The notes beneath the pieces are model-generated. The model ran no database searches and was not told the DNA's origin. It was given only the letters and a program-made list of their open reading frames with translations. Of a stretch of 64,000 nucleotides of DNA, positions 43,719 to 53,900 are shown piece after piece (position 1 is the stretch's first letter; each line of letters starts with the position of its first letter). The position numbers were made by a program, and so were the translations under genes. The stretch lies in the NCBI GenBank assembly GCA_963804645.1, contig CAWDRG010000008.1, positions 50,253-114,252 on the forward strand, given 5' to 3'. This DNA comes from an uncultured Bacillota bacterium (GTDB taxonomy: Bacteria; Sysuimicrobiota; Sysuimicrobiia; Sysuimicrobiales; Segetimicrobiaceae).

Positions 43719-44319
43719 GGCTCGCCTCGTACACTCGGTATCCGCCGCCGCGCTCCACCTCGGCCACGCGCGCAAAGCGCTCGCCCATGAGCCGGCCGAG
43801 CGTCTGCGCGCCCTGGCTCGTGCGCGCGACGAGGTACAGCCGCCCCGTCGGGCTCAGACAGGCGCGCGCCTCGTCGATCAGCCGCAGCACGACGGCGCGC
43901 CCGGCACGGATCGGCGGGTTCATCGCGATCACGTCAAAGATCCGGCCGGCCACCGGCGCGCACCCATCTCCGCAGAGCGCCTCGGCGTTCGGCACGTCGT
44001 TGAGCGCGATGTTCTCCACCGCGAGCGCCACGGCGCGTGGATTGATGTCCACGAGCGTGACGCGTGCGGCCGGCGCGCGCCGCGCGAGCACGATCCCGAC
44101 CGGCCCATACCCGCACCCGAGATCCAGCACGCCGGCGGCGCCCCTCACATCGACGGCCTCGAGCAGCAGGCGGCTGCCGCGGTCGACCCCCGCGCGCGAG
44201 AACACCCCCGCGGCCGTCCGGAACCCGAACTCATCGTCGCCGTCGAGATACCGGACGAGCTTTGCGCGCAGCTCGGTGGCCGGCAGCGGCGTGAAGTAGT
44301 GCTGGGGCCCGCCGCTCAC
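43711..44319 (-). CDS. Class I SAM-dependent methyltransferase (RsmC/YbxB-like)
   Basis: QHYF, GVFSRAGVDRGS, LDLGCGYG, NPPIRAG. Confidence 0.9.
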   Translation of the reverse strand: MSGGPQHYFTPLPATELRAKLVRYLDGDDEFGFRTAAGVFSRAGVDRGSRLLLEAVDVRGAAGVLDLGCGYGPVGIVLARRAPAARVTLVDINPRAVALAVENIALNDVPNAEALCGDGCAPVAGRIFDVIAMNPPIRAGRAVVLRLIDEARACLSPTGRLYLVARTSQGAQTLGRLMGERFARVAEVERGGGYRVYEASHV

Positions 44320-44729
44320 AGCGCCTCCCGCAGCGCCCCGAGCGCCTGCCGGACGGGCTCCACCGCGGCGCCGTCGCGCCGGGACAGACGGGCGACCGCG
44401 CCCTCGACCGCCGCGAAGCGCGCGAGCACCTCCGCCCGCGCGCGTGCGGCGCGCGTGCGGGTCGCGGCGACGCCCAAGCGATGCTCGAGACGCTGCATCT
44501 CCGCGACCGACCGGCGCAGCGCGTCGGAGACCGCCTGCCGCGAGATCCGCCGGCGCGCGGCGATCTCTCCCAGCGAGAGATCGTCATGGTAGTACATGCG
44601 GACGAGCGCACGCTGCCGCTCCGTCAGCAGTTCGGCGTACGCGTCGAACAACCCGATGACGAGCGTGCGCTCCGCAAGGGAGCGGACGCGGCCGTGGGCA
44701 TCACCGGGGGTAATCCGCTGTAAAGGCAT
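44316..44729 (-). CDS. ylxM: YlxM family HTH protein
   Basis: LFDAYAELLTERQ...YYHDDLSLGEIA...ISRQAVSD; start uncertain. Confidence 0.9.
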   Translation of the reverse strand: MPLQRITPGDAHGRVRSLAERTLVIGLFDAYAELLTERQRALVRMYYHDDLSLGEIAARRRISRQAVSDALRRSVAEMQRLEHRLGVAATRTRAARARAEVLARFAAVEGAVARLSRRDGAAVEPVRQALGALREAL

Positions 44730-44750
44730 TGTACTTGACACAGTATACCA
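44719..44750 (-). promoter_or_regulatory. Extended -10 promoter and inverted repeat at the start of ylxM-ffh
   Basis: TGGTATACT on the minus strand, next to the imperfect palindrome TGTAAAG-N8-CTTGACA (44719-44740). Confidence 0.55.
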
Positions 44751-44897
44751 CACGAGGGCGGTGCGCCGCATCCATGCCCGCGATCTCGCGTGGCCCGGCG
44801 CGGTCTGACCCCGCAGCACCGCAGGGGGGCGTCTCCCCCGGTGACGAGCCGGCTCGGCCGCGCTCGCAGGGCATGCTCCGTGGCCGGCAGGGCGGGA

Positions 44898-45842
44898 TCA
44901 GGAATACGTGATCGTGGGGTTCAGATAGCTGTAGGAGACGTCGACCACCAGGTTGACGACGAGCACGATCGTCGCAAACAGCAGCAGGGCCCCCTGGATC
45001 ACCGGATAGTCCCGCCGGAGGACGGCCGCGACGGTGAGATTCCCGACTCCCGGCAACTCGAACAGCGTCTCGGTGATGAAGGCCCCGCTCATCAGCACCG
45101 CCACGGCCAGGCCGACCACCGTGACGACCGAGATCACCGCGTTCCGGAAGGCGTGCTTGATGAGCACGGTGCGCGCGGGGAGGCCCTTCGCGCGCGCGGT
45201 CCGCACGTAGTCCGAATCCAGCACCTGGAGCATGCTGGCCCGGGTGATGCGGGCGATCAGACCAGCCTGCAGCATCCCCAGCGCGAACGCCGGCAGCAGG
45301 AGATGCTGGAGCCACGGCCCGACGCCGGCCGCGAGCGGCGCGTAGCCGCCCGCCGGAAACCAGCGCAGGCCGACGGCGAAGAAGAAGATCAGCAGCATCC
45401 CCGTGACGAACTCAGGCACGCACAGCCCGAACAGCGCCACGCTCGTCGTGACCCCGTCCTGCCAGTTGTTGGGGTGCAGGGCCGCCGCGAGCCCGAGCGG
45501 CACGCCGATGGCCACCGCGATGGGCAGGGCCACCGCGGTGAGGCTGAACGTCACCGGAAACCGCTGGATCAGGGCGTCGCGCACGCTCTGCCCCAGGAAG
45601 AAGGACTGTCCGAGATCCCCGTGCGCGGCGCCGACGACCCACGTCGCGAGCTGGACGTATAGCGGCTTGTCGAGCCCCAGGCGGTGGTAGATTTCCGCCT
45701 TGCTCTGAAACAGCGCTTCCTGCCCGAGAAACGCGGCCGCGGGGTCGCCCGGGGTCGCGTGCACGATGAAGAATGTCAGGACCGCGACCGCAGCCCACAT
45801 CGGCACCAGCAGCACTAAGCGTTGCAGCACGTACCGCCCCAC
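44898..45842 (-). CDS. Peptide/nickel ABC permease (DppB type)
   Basis: GLDKPLYVQ, DYVRTARAKG, RRDYPVIQG. Confidence 0.94.
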   Translation of the reverse strand: MGRYVLQRLVLLVPMWAAVAVLTFFIVHATPGDPAAAFLGQEALFQSKAEIYHRLGLDKPLYVQLATWVVGAAHGDLGQSFFLGQSVRDALIQRFPVTFSLTAVALPIAVAIGVPLGLAAALHPNNWQDGVTTSVALFGLCVPEFVTGMLLIFFFAVGLRWFPAGGYAPLAAGVGPWLQHLLLPAFALGMLQAGLIARITRASMLQVLDSDYVRTARAKGLPARTVLIKHAFRNAVISVVTVVGLAVAVLMSGAFITETLFELPGVGNLTVAAVLRRDYPVIQGALLLFATIVLVVNLVVDVSYSYLNPTITYS

Positions 45843-45896
45843 GGGGCACTCTCACCTCACGTCAATCAGGCATCCGCGCCGGCCGTGCGGGCTCCG

Positions 45897-45930
45897 GACG
45901 CGGCGCGCGGGATCTCCCGCGCGCCGCGTC
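45897..45930. repeat. Perfect 15-bp inverted repeat (intercistronic stem-loop)
   Basis: GACGCGGCGCGCGGG-ATCT-CCCGCGCGCCGCGTC just after the SBP stop codon. Confidence 0.8.
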
Positions 45931-45946
45931 ATGCTCTGCGCGGTGC

Positions 45947-47554
45947 TCAGGGCGTCTTCGAGACGTTCCAGAACCGCGGGATCACGTAGAACGGCCGGTA
46001 GCCCACAAGCTTGGTGCTCGTCGCCTCCGGCTCGAAGTAGTCGCCGATGCGGATAACCGCCACATCATCCCACACCAGCTGCTGCACCTTGATCCACACG
46101 GCCTGGCGCTCCTTGAGCGGGAGCGACGTGTTCAGCTGGTCGAGCAGCTGGTCCATGGCGGGGTTGCAGTAGGTGTACGCGGCGAGCGAACCGCAGTGGA
46201 GCGAGACGCTCGTCTGGATCGGATCCAGGCGCGGGGACCATCCGGTCTGGTTCATCTGCCAGCCCTTCAGGCTCTGCGCGCGCTGGATCTGGGACGGCCA
46301 GTCCATCAGCTCGAGCTTGGCGTTGATCCCGGCCGCCTGCAGCTGTGCGGCGACCGCGACGGACGCCTTGTACATCCAATCGTAGTCCTGGTTGGTCAGG
46401 TAGACGATCGGCTCGTTATGGTAGCCCGCCTCCGCGAGCAGCTGTTTGACCCTGTTCAGGTCGGGCTTGTTGTAGGCGTCGGACCCGGCCGTGGTGTACC
46501 AATTCTTCTGCTCGGGAAAGAAGATGCTCGACGACGTGCGGACGTATTCGGGCCGGCCGCCGAACGAGGTCGCGGCCAGCACCTGTCCCATGTTCAGCGA
46601 TGCGACGAGGGCTCGCCTGAACGAGAGGTTGTTCATGGGCGGCTGTGAGTGATTCAACTCGATCATGATCCCCCACTTCGGCTTCACGATCTGCACCGTG
46701 AGGGTCTTCGTGGCCTCGAGCTGGGGGACGCTCGTGATCGGCACCGCCTCGGCGAAATCGTACGCGCCGGTCAGCAGGCCCGCCACGCGGCTGCCCGACT
46801 CGGGGACCGGGATGAACCCGATCTGGTCCGCGCAGGCCACCCGCCGGCCGCCGAATCCGGTGGCGCCCGGAAACCTCGGATCAGGCTGGTACCCGTCAAA
46901 CCGCTTGACGCGCACCGCCACATCCGGGCGCCAGTCGGCAAACTGATAGGGGCCGGTCCCCACCAGATCCTGTCCGCGGATCTCCTGCTCGCCGTACTTG
47001 TCGATGATGCTCTTCGGGAGGACGGCGAGCTGCGGGATCGGCATCGCCAGGTTCTGGAGGAGGGGAAAATCCTTGGACAGCTCGAACCGGACGGTCGAAG
47101 GGTCGACCGCCGTGACGCTTTTGATGGGCGAGAGGCGGGCGGACGCGCCGGGCGCGACCTTCAGGTACCGATTGAACGAGGCCGTGACGTCCGCGGCGGT
47201 CATGGTCTGGCCGTTGTGGAACTTGATGCCCGCCCGCAATTTAAAGGTATAGACCAGCCCGTTTGCGCTGGTCGTCCATCCGGCCGCGAGCTGCGGGATA
47301 ACCGCATAGTTGTCGTCATAGGTCACCAGCGTCTCGAACAGATAGACGTCGATCTGACGCGCCGCCGTGGTCGTGGACAGCATGGGGTCGAGCGTCGGCG
47401 GATTCGTCGCCATCGCGGCCACGATCGTCCCGCCGCTCACAGCGCACCCCGCCGTCTGCGCGGCGAGCGGGGCGCCGAACCCGACGAGCGCCGTCGGCAC
47501 CCCCAAGACGCAGGTCAGAACCAGCGCGATCAACATACTCCGTGTCCGGTTCAT
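45947..47554 (-). CDS. Family 5 ABC substrate-binding protein (Sec signal)
   Basis: LFETLV, FKLRAGIKFHNG, VGTGPY. Confidence 0.93.
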   Translation of the reverse strand: MNRTRSMLIALVLTCVLGVPTALVGFGAPLAAQTAGCAVSGGTIVAAMATNPPTLDPMLSTTTAARQIDVYLFETLVTYDDNYAVIPQLAAGWTTSANGLVYTFKLRAGIKFHNGQTMTAADVTASFNRYLKVAPGASARLSPIKSVTAVDPSTVRFELSKDFPLLQNLAMPIPQLAVLPKSIIDKYGEQEIRGQDLVGTGPYQFADWRPDVAVRVKRFDGYQPDPRFPGATGFGGRRVACADQIGFIPVPESGSRVAGLLTGAYDFAEAVPITSVPQLEATKTLTVQIVKPKWGIMIELNHSQPPMNNLSFRRALVASLNMGQVLAATSFGGRPEYVRTSSSIFFPEQKNWYTTAGSDAYNKPDLNRVKQLLAEAGYHNEPIVYLTNQDYDWMYKASVAVAAQLQAAGINAKLELMDWPSQIQRAQSLKGWQMNQTGWSPRLDPIQTSVSLHCGSLAAYTYCNPAMDQLLDQLNTSLPLKERQAVWIKVQQLVWDDVAVIRIGDYFEPEATSTKLVGYRPFYVIPRFWNVSKTP

Positions 47555-47605
47555 CGATGCTGCACCCCCTCCGTCGCCGCGCGCGCGACGGGACTCGTAT
47601 CGCCG

Positions 47606-48793
47606 TCACGAAAAGACGGCGTCCACCGGCGTTCGATAGCGCGGATTGTCCTGAAAGCGCACCGCCGCCTCCATGTCCTTGAGGCCGGCGCCGGTGATGG
47701 TACAGACCACGGTGTCGCCCCGCGGGATGGCCCCCTCCGCGCAGGCGGCCCGGAGCGCCGCGACCGCGTAGGCGCCCTGGGGCTCGGCGAAGATGCCCTC
47801 GTCGAAGGCGAGGAGCTGCTGCGCCGCGGCGACGTCCGCCCGCGTCACCCCGTACCATCGCCCCTCCGACGCCTGGATGCTTTGCCAGGCCCACGCCCCG
47901 TCGAGCGGCCGGTAGTAGGCGCCGCTGCGGTACGGCTCCTCGCCGAGCTGGGTAATCGGCGCGTGTCCGCGGCCCGTCATCTGCCCCCCGCTGATCCGGG
48001 GGACCCGGGGCACCAGTCCCATGGCGCGCAGCTCCCCGAACCCCTTGTACACGCCGCCCAACAATCCCCCGCCGCCCACGCAGCAGAACACGTGGTCCGG
48101 CGGGGCGCCGAGGGAGGCCGCGATCTCGAACGCGATCGTCTTGCCGCCCTCCACCATATACGGGTTCACGGGCCGCGCCGACACCATCGGCACCCGGCCA
48201 GTCTGCACCGCGTACTCCTGCATGCCGGTGTAGACGGCGAAGTACCGGCCGATGTCCTCGGTCGGGGGCAGGAGCTTGACCTGCGCGCCGTACATCGAGA
48301 TCTGCAGCCGCTTCGATTCGGCGGTGTCGACCGAGACCCAGACCTCGGCGTCGAAGCCGGCGCGGGCGCAGTACGCCGACAGCGCCACCCCGACGTTCCC
48401 CGAGGACACGGTAGCGAAACGCGTCTGGCCCGCATCGGCGGCCTTGGAGATCGCGATCGACACCTGGCGGTCCTTGAAGGATCCGGTAGGGCTCGCGTAT
48501 TCCAGCTTCAGGTACAGGCGGTCGAGCGCCAGGCGCTCCGCAAGCCGGTGACTGCGGATGAGCGGCGTGCTGCCCTCCCCCAGCGTCACGATCGCGTCGT
48601 CGCGCACGTCGGGCAGCGCCGCGCGGAACCGGTCCCAGATGCTCCCGGTCCCGGTCCACGTCCGCGCGAACTCGCCGGCGGCGCGCGCGTAGTCGTAGCG
48701 TACCTCCAGCTCCCCGCCACACGCGTCGCACCGGTACCGGAGCCCGCCCGGAGAGGATCGGCCGCAACTCACGCAGCGCAGCGTCTCGGTCAT
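47606..48793 (-). CDS. Threonine-synthase-like PLP-dependent enzyme (fold type II)
   Basis: N-terminal CxxC..CxxC, LGEGSTPL, SPTGSFKDR (PLP Lys), SSGN, EGGKTIAFEI, ITGAGLKD. Confidence 0.88.
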   Translation of the reverse strand: MTETLRCVSCGRSSPGGLRYRCDACGGELEVRYDYARAAGEFARTWTGTGSIWDRFRAALPDVRDDAIVTLGEGSTPLIRSHRLAERLALDRLYLKLEYASPTGSFKDRQVSIAISKAADAGQTRFATVSSGNVGVALSAYCARAGFDAEVWVSVDTAESKRLQISMYGAQVKLLPPTEDIGRYFAVYTGMQEYAVQTGRVPMVSARPVNPYMVEGGKTIAFEIAASLGAPPDHVFCCVGGGGLLGGVYKGFGELRAMGLVPRVPRISGGQMTGRGHAPITQLGEEPYRSGAYYRPLDGAWAWQSIQASEGRWYGVTRADVAAAQQLLAFDEGIFAEPQGAYAVAALRAACAEGAIPRGDTVVCTITGAGLKDMEAAVRFQDNPRYRTPVDAVFS

Positions 48794-48833
48794 GGTCGTC
48801 CTCCCGTCTCTTCCGGCCATCCGACCCCCCTCG

Positions 48834-49766
48834 TCACGGCCGCGCCGCCGCCCCCGTCTGGCGTCTCGGGTTGAACAGGTCGCTCAGGCCGTCGCCGAGC
48901 AGGTTGAGCGACAGCACCGTCAGCGCCACCGCGAACCCGGGAAACACCACGAGCCACGGCGCCTGTTGGAAGATCGCGCGTGCCTCGCCCAGAATGTTGC
49001 CCCAGCTGGCGCTCGGCGGCTGAATGCCGACGCCGACAAAGCTCAGGCCGGCTTCGCCGAGGATCGCGTACGCGAACAGGAACGTTTGTTGGACGATCAG
49101 CGGCGGGAGCAGCCCGGGCAGCAGATGCCGTAGGATGATCCGCCCGGGGGACGCCCCGATCGCCCGGGCCGCTTCCACGTAGTCCAGGTCCCGCACGACG
49201 AGCGCTTCCCCGCGCACGATCCGCGCGGTCCGGGGCGTATAGGTAAACGACAGCGCAATCACCACATTGACCGCCGAGTTGCCGAGCACCGCGAGGATCA
49301 CAAGCGCGAGCAGCAGCGGCGGAAACGCCATCATGACGTCCAGGAATCGCATGACGTACGGGTCCAAGCGCCGGCTGGCGCCCGAGATCAAGCCCAACAG
49401 CGTGCCGGCGATCCCCGTCGCCACCATCGTCCACAGCCCGATCAACAGGCTGTTGCGCCCGCCGGCCAGCAGCCGCGCGGCCAAGTCTCGCCCCAGGGCA
49501 TCGGTGCCGAGAATGTGGCGTGGAGACGGCGACGTCAGGATGGCGTTGTAATCGAGCGCGTTGGGATCGATGCGGTAGAAGAACGGGCCGACCGCGAGGA
49601 TCAGCACGGTGAGGGCGAGGAGCACCGCGCCGACCTGTGTCGCGAGACTCAACCTGAACGGGTGCGCCGCGCGGGCAGGCTCACCTGACGTTTGTGGGCC
49701 GTGCGCGGCCGTCGGTCGCTTTGCTGTCTTGGCGCGGCTAGTGTCCCCGGCTCGCTCATCATCCAT
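48834..49766 (-). CDS. Peptide/nickel ABC permease (DppC type)
   Basis: HILGTDALGRD, DYVEAARAIGA, SFVGVG...SWG; start approximate. Confidence 0.92.
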   Translation of the reverse strand: MDDERAGDTSRAKTAKRPTAAHGPQTSGEPARAAHPFRLSLATQVGAVLLALTVLILAVGPFFYRIDPNALDYNAILTSPSPRHILGTDALGRDLAARLLAGGRNSLLIGLWTMVATGIAGTLLGLISGASRRLDPYVMRFLDVMMAFPPLLLALVILAVLGNSAVNVVIALSFTYTPRTARIVRGEALVVRDLDYVEAARAIGASPGRIILRHLLPGLLPPLIVQQTFLFAYAILGEAGLSFVGVGIQPPSASWGNILGEARAIFQQAPWLVVFPGFAVALTVLSLNLLGDGLSDLFNPRRQTGAAARP

Positions 49767-49977
49767 ACATGCAGCACAACTCCCTGCGCTCCCCGTCTCC
49801 GCACCGGGCATCCAAGGCCGCGCTTCCATGATAGACGCCGCCGCATGATGCAAACCATCGGGCCGGGTGTGTATTTCGACTCGACACGGCTCGCGGCGGC
49901 GGCGCTTACCGAGGGCGGCGCGGGGAGCCGCGCGGCGCTCGCCACACAGGACAGAGACGCGATGCGGAGAGGCGGGG

Positions 49978-50008
49978 CCGCCGCGGCGTGGCGCAGCCGC
50001 CGCGGCGG
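49978..50008 (-). terminator. GC-rich hairpin immediately after ftsY
   Basis: CCGCCGCGGCG-9 nt-CGCCGCGGCGG; no U tract. Confidence 0.4.
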
Positions 50009-50956
50009 TCAGGCATCCGGTCCGGATCCCCCCGGGGATGCCGCCGCGGGTGCCAGCAGCGCGTCGACGAAGGCGCCGGGGTCGAACGGCTCCAGATCGT
50101 CGATGCCTTCACCGAGTCCGACCAGCTTCACCGGCACGCCCAGCTCCTGGGTAATCGGGACCACGATCCCGCCGCGGGCTGTTCCGTCGAGCTTCGTGAG
50201 CACGACGCCCGTGAGCGCCACCGCGGCCTTGAATTCGCGCGCCTGCGCGAGGCCATTCTGGCCGGTGGTGGCATCGATCACGAGCAGCGCTTCCACCGGG
50301 GCATCGGGCAGCTCTCGGCGGACGACACGGTCCATCTTTTTGAGCTCCTCGATGAGGTTGACCTTGGTGTGCAGGCGCCCCGCCGTGTCGACGATGAGGA
50401 CGTCCGTGTGGCGGGCGCGCGCCGCCTGGGCCGCGTCGTAGACGACCGCGGCCGGGTCGGCCCCCTCGCGGTGCCGGACCAGCTCAGCACCGGCGCGGCC
50501 GGCCCAGATTTCGAGTTGATCGGCCGCCGCGGCGCGGAACGTGTCCGCAGCCGCGAGCAGCACCTTGCGGCCCTCCCCGCGCAGCCGGTGGGCCAGCTTC
50601 CCGATCGTCGTGGTTTTCCCCGAGCCGTTCACCCCGAGCAGCATGAGGACCGCGGGCCGGGGTTCGAGCACGAGCGGCGCGGGGGCGCCGAGGGCCGCGA
50701 CGAGGATCTCCCGCAGCGCGGCTCTCGCCGCATCCGGCGTGCGGATGCCGGCGCGCACCAGTTCGCGGAGGCGCGCGATGACGGCGTCCGTCGTCCCCAC
50801 GCCGAGATCGGCCTGCAGCAGGATCTCTTCAAGCTCGTCGTAGTACGCCGGGTCGAGCTCCCGGCCCAGCAGGTCGTCGAGCCGCGCCGACAGGGCCTCC
50901 CGCGTGCGCGTGAGGCCCTGCCGAAACTTGCCGAACCATCCCCCCGCCTTAGCCAA
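50009..50956 (-). CDS. ftsY: SRP receptor FtsY
   Basis: GVNGSGKTTTIGKLA, DTFRAAA, DTAGRLH, TKLDGTARGG. Confidence 0.97.
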   Translation of the reverse strand: MAKAGGWFGKFRQGLTRTREALSARLDDLLGRELDPAYYDELEEILLQADLGVGTTDAVIARLRELVRAGIRTPDAARAALREILVAALGAPAPLVLEPRPAVLMLLGVNGSGKTTTIGKLAHRLRGEGRKVLLAAADTFRAAAADQLEIWAGRAGAELVRHREGADPAAVVYDAAQAARARHTDVLIVDTAGRLHTKVNLIEELKKMDRVVRRELPDAPVEALLVIDATTGQNGLAQAREFKAAVALTGVVLTKLDGTARGGIVVPITQELGVPVKLVGLGEGIDDLEPFDPGAFVDALLAPAAASPGGSGPDA

Positions 50957-53900
50957 CCGGCTGCCCCACCTCGAGCTCGCCGCGCTCCTGCAGCCGCATC
51001 GAGACCATGTGCGACACGCCCGGCTCCTCCATGGTCACGCCGAACAGCACGTCGCAGACCTCCATCGTCGCCTTGTTGTGCGTGATGATGATGATCTGAG
51101 AGTGCTCGGCGATCTCGCACAGCACCTCGGCGACCTTCCGCGTATTCGACTCATCCAGCGCCGCCTCGACCTCGTCGAAGACGCAGAACGGGCTCGGCCG
51201 GACGCGCAGCATCGCGAAGATCAGCGCGAGGGCGACCATCACGCGCTCGCCGCCCGAGAGCGCGCTCAGGCTGCGCAGCGCCTTGCCCGGAGGCTGCACC
51301 GTGATGTCCACGCCCGGCTCGTCGCTCCCCTCGACTTCGACGAGCGTGAGGCCGGCGCGGCCGCCCCCGAACAGCCGCATGAACAGCGCAGCGAACTCGG
51401 CGTTCACGGCCTGGAACGTCTCGTCGAACCGCTCTCGGATGACCGTCTCGAGGTCGGCGATCGTCGCCCGCAGCGCCGCGAGCGCACCCTGCACGTCCTC
51501 CAAGTGGGCCCGCAGCGCCTCCGCGCGGACCGTCGCGTGTTGGTGTTCGTCGATCGCGATCAGGTTCACCGGACCGAGCACGGCGATCAGTCCCCGCAGG
51601 GACTCGATCCGACCGAGGACCTCTTCCCGATTGAGCGACTCCGCGACGCCCTCGGCCGCGCGCTCAAACGTCTGCCCGAACTCCTCTTCGATGCGGCGTC
51701 GCGCGCTGCCGATCTCGGCCTCGACCTGCGCCTGCCGCACCTCCGCGCGGTGCGCATCCTCGGCCAGCCCCTCGACCCGCGCCATCGCCTCCCGATGCTC
51801 GCCGTCGAGCGCGGTCCGCCGGCCGGCCACGGCCGCACGCTCCGCGTCGAGCGCCTGCATCGCGCGCTCGAGATCGGCCGCCTCGGCGGCCGCCTGGGCG
51901 CATCGGTCCCGGGCCTCCGCCTCCTCCACCTCAAGGCGGGCCGCCTCCTGGTCGAGCTGCGCGAGTTCCTCTTCCAGCGTGCCGCAGCGCGCGGCGACCT
52001 GCGCGGCGAGGCGCCCCAGCTCGTCGGCCCGCATCCGCGTCGAAGCCCGCTTGCCCGCGAGCTCGGTCAGCGCCACCTTGATACGCGTGATCTCTTCCCG
52101 CGCCGCCCGCGCCGCCCCGGTTTGGTCGCGCAGGAACGCGCCGAGCGCCGCCGCCTCCGCCTCGAGGTCGCGCAGGCGCCCGTCGAGCGCGTCGGCCTGC
52201 GTCCCGAGGGCGTCGCGCAGCGTCTCCTGGGCGTTGACCTCGCGCCGGGCCGCCTCCCGCTCCGCCGCCAGGGCGTGACATTCTGCGTCGACGCGCGCGA
52301 TCTCCGCGTCGACGAGGGTGACGTGCTGTTCGGCGTCCGTCCGGCGCTCCGACTCCGCGACGATGTCGGCGTCGGCGTCCGCGATGGCCGCGTCGACCTC
52401 GCGCAGCCGCGCGGCCGCCGCGTCCACCCGACCGCCCTGCGCGCGCGCCGCCTCCTCCATGCGCGAGAGCGCCGCGCGCGCCTCATCGATCTCCTCGGCG
52501 CGCCCGACGACGGTGCCCCGCTCCCCGGTCCGCCACCCCGTGGTCAGGACCCCTTCCCGGGACAGTCCGTCGCCGGCGAGTGTCACGAGGCGTCCCGCAT
52601 ACCCCGCCGACCGGATCCGCAGCGCGGCGTCGAGATCCTCCACGACCAGGACGTCGGCGAGCAGCCCCCGGACCACGTCCGGGTGCGGCCCAGTGATCTG
52701 CACCAGGTCCAGGGCGCGGCCCCGCAGGCCGGGATCGGAGGCCGCGGACGCCGGGACGGGTGAGGGCTCCTGCGTCCGCGCGAGGGTCACGGGCAGGAAG
52801 GTCACGGTGCCCGGATCGAGGTCCGCCCAGCGGGCGCGCAGCGCCCGCACGTCGTCGACGGAAGCGACGATGAGGGCGGAGAGCGCGGGCCCAAGTGCGG
52901 CCTCGATCGCAACGCGGGCGTCGCGGGGGACGCTGAGGCTCTCGACGACCGCGCCCTGAATGGCGGCGAAGCCGACGGGGTCGCGCTGGCGCGCGAGCAG
53001 CATCTCGCGCGCGCCAGCCTCGTACCCGCGATACTGCGCGTGGGCCTCCTCGAGGTGCCGGAGGCGCGCGCGCACGGTCTCCCGCTCGACCTCCGCGTGG
53101 TGCAGCCCCGCGACCATCTCGTCGCGCGCCTCGGACTGCCGGACCTGCTCCTCCCGCAGCGCCGCGAGCGCGCGGCGCTTCTCCGCCAGATCAGCCGTGG
53201 CGAGCTCCAGCACCCGCGCAAGGTCGCCCCGGCGCACCACGAGCGCCTCGCGCTGCGCCTCCAACGTGGCGATCCGCGCCGTGAGCGCGTCGACGCGCTC
53301 ACGGTGGCCGGCCGCGCGCGCCTCGGCCGCGGCGAGGGCGTTGTGCGCATGGCGGCGGGCCTCGGACACCGCGCGCGCCTCGCCGCGGCCCTCGTCCAGG
53401 CGCCCTTCAGCCCGGGCGGCGTCCGCCTCGAGGACGGCGAGACGCCCTTCGGCGCCCTCGATGTCCGCCTGCGCACGGTCGTGCTCGGCCACCAGCATCC
53501 GGTCCATGTCATCGAGGGCGGTCCGCTCCTGCTCGAACGCGGCCTGCTCGCCGCGGTGGCGGTCGATCTCTCGCAGCACGCGGTCACGCTGCGCCAGCAC
53601 GCCGCGGCGGCGCTCCTCAAACAGGCGCACCCCCGCCTCCTCGGCGGTGCGCCGCTCCGTCAAGCGCACGAGCGCGCGCTGCGCCTCATCCCAGTCCCGT
53701 CCGGCATCCGCGGCGCGCCGGTCGAGGGACTCCCGCTCGCCCTCGAGTGTCCGCAGCGCCTCGTCGACCTCGCGCCGCCGGGCGGCGACCTGGTCTAGCT
53801 GATCGCGAACGCGTCGCTGCGCGCGGGCGAGGCGCCGCACCTCTTCCACCTGGACGGCGAGCTCGTGCGAGCGCAGCTCCCGGGTGTACGCCTGATACTG

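Noticed and set aside
44750..44897. SRP RNA next to ylxM-ffh
   Set aside because: The conserved domain IV motif (TCAGG...GGAA...AGCAG) is not present.
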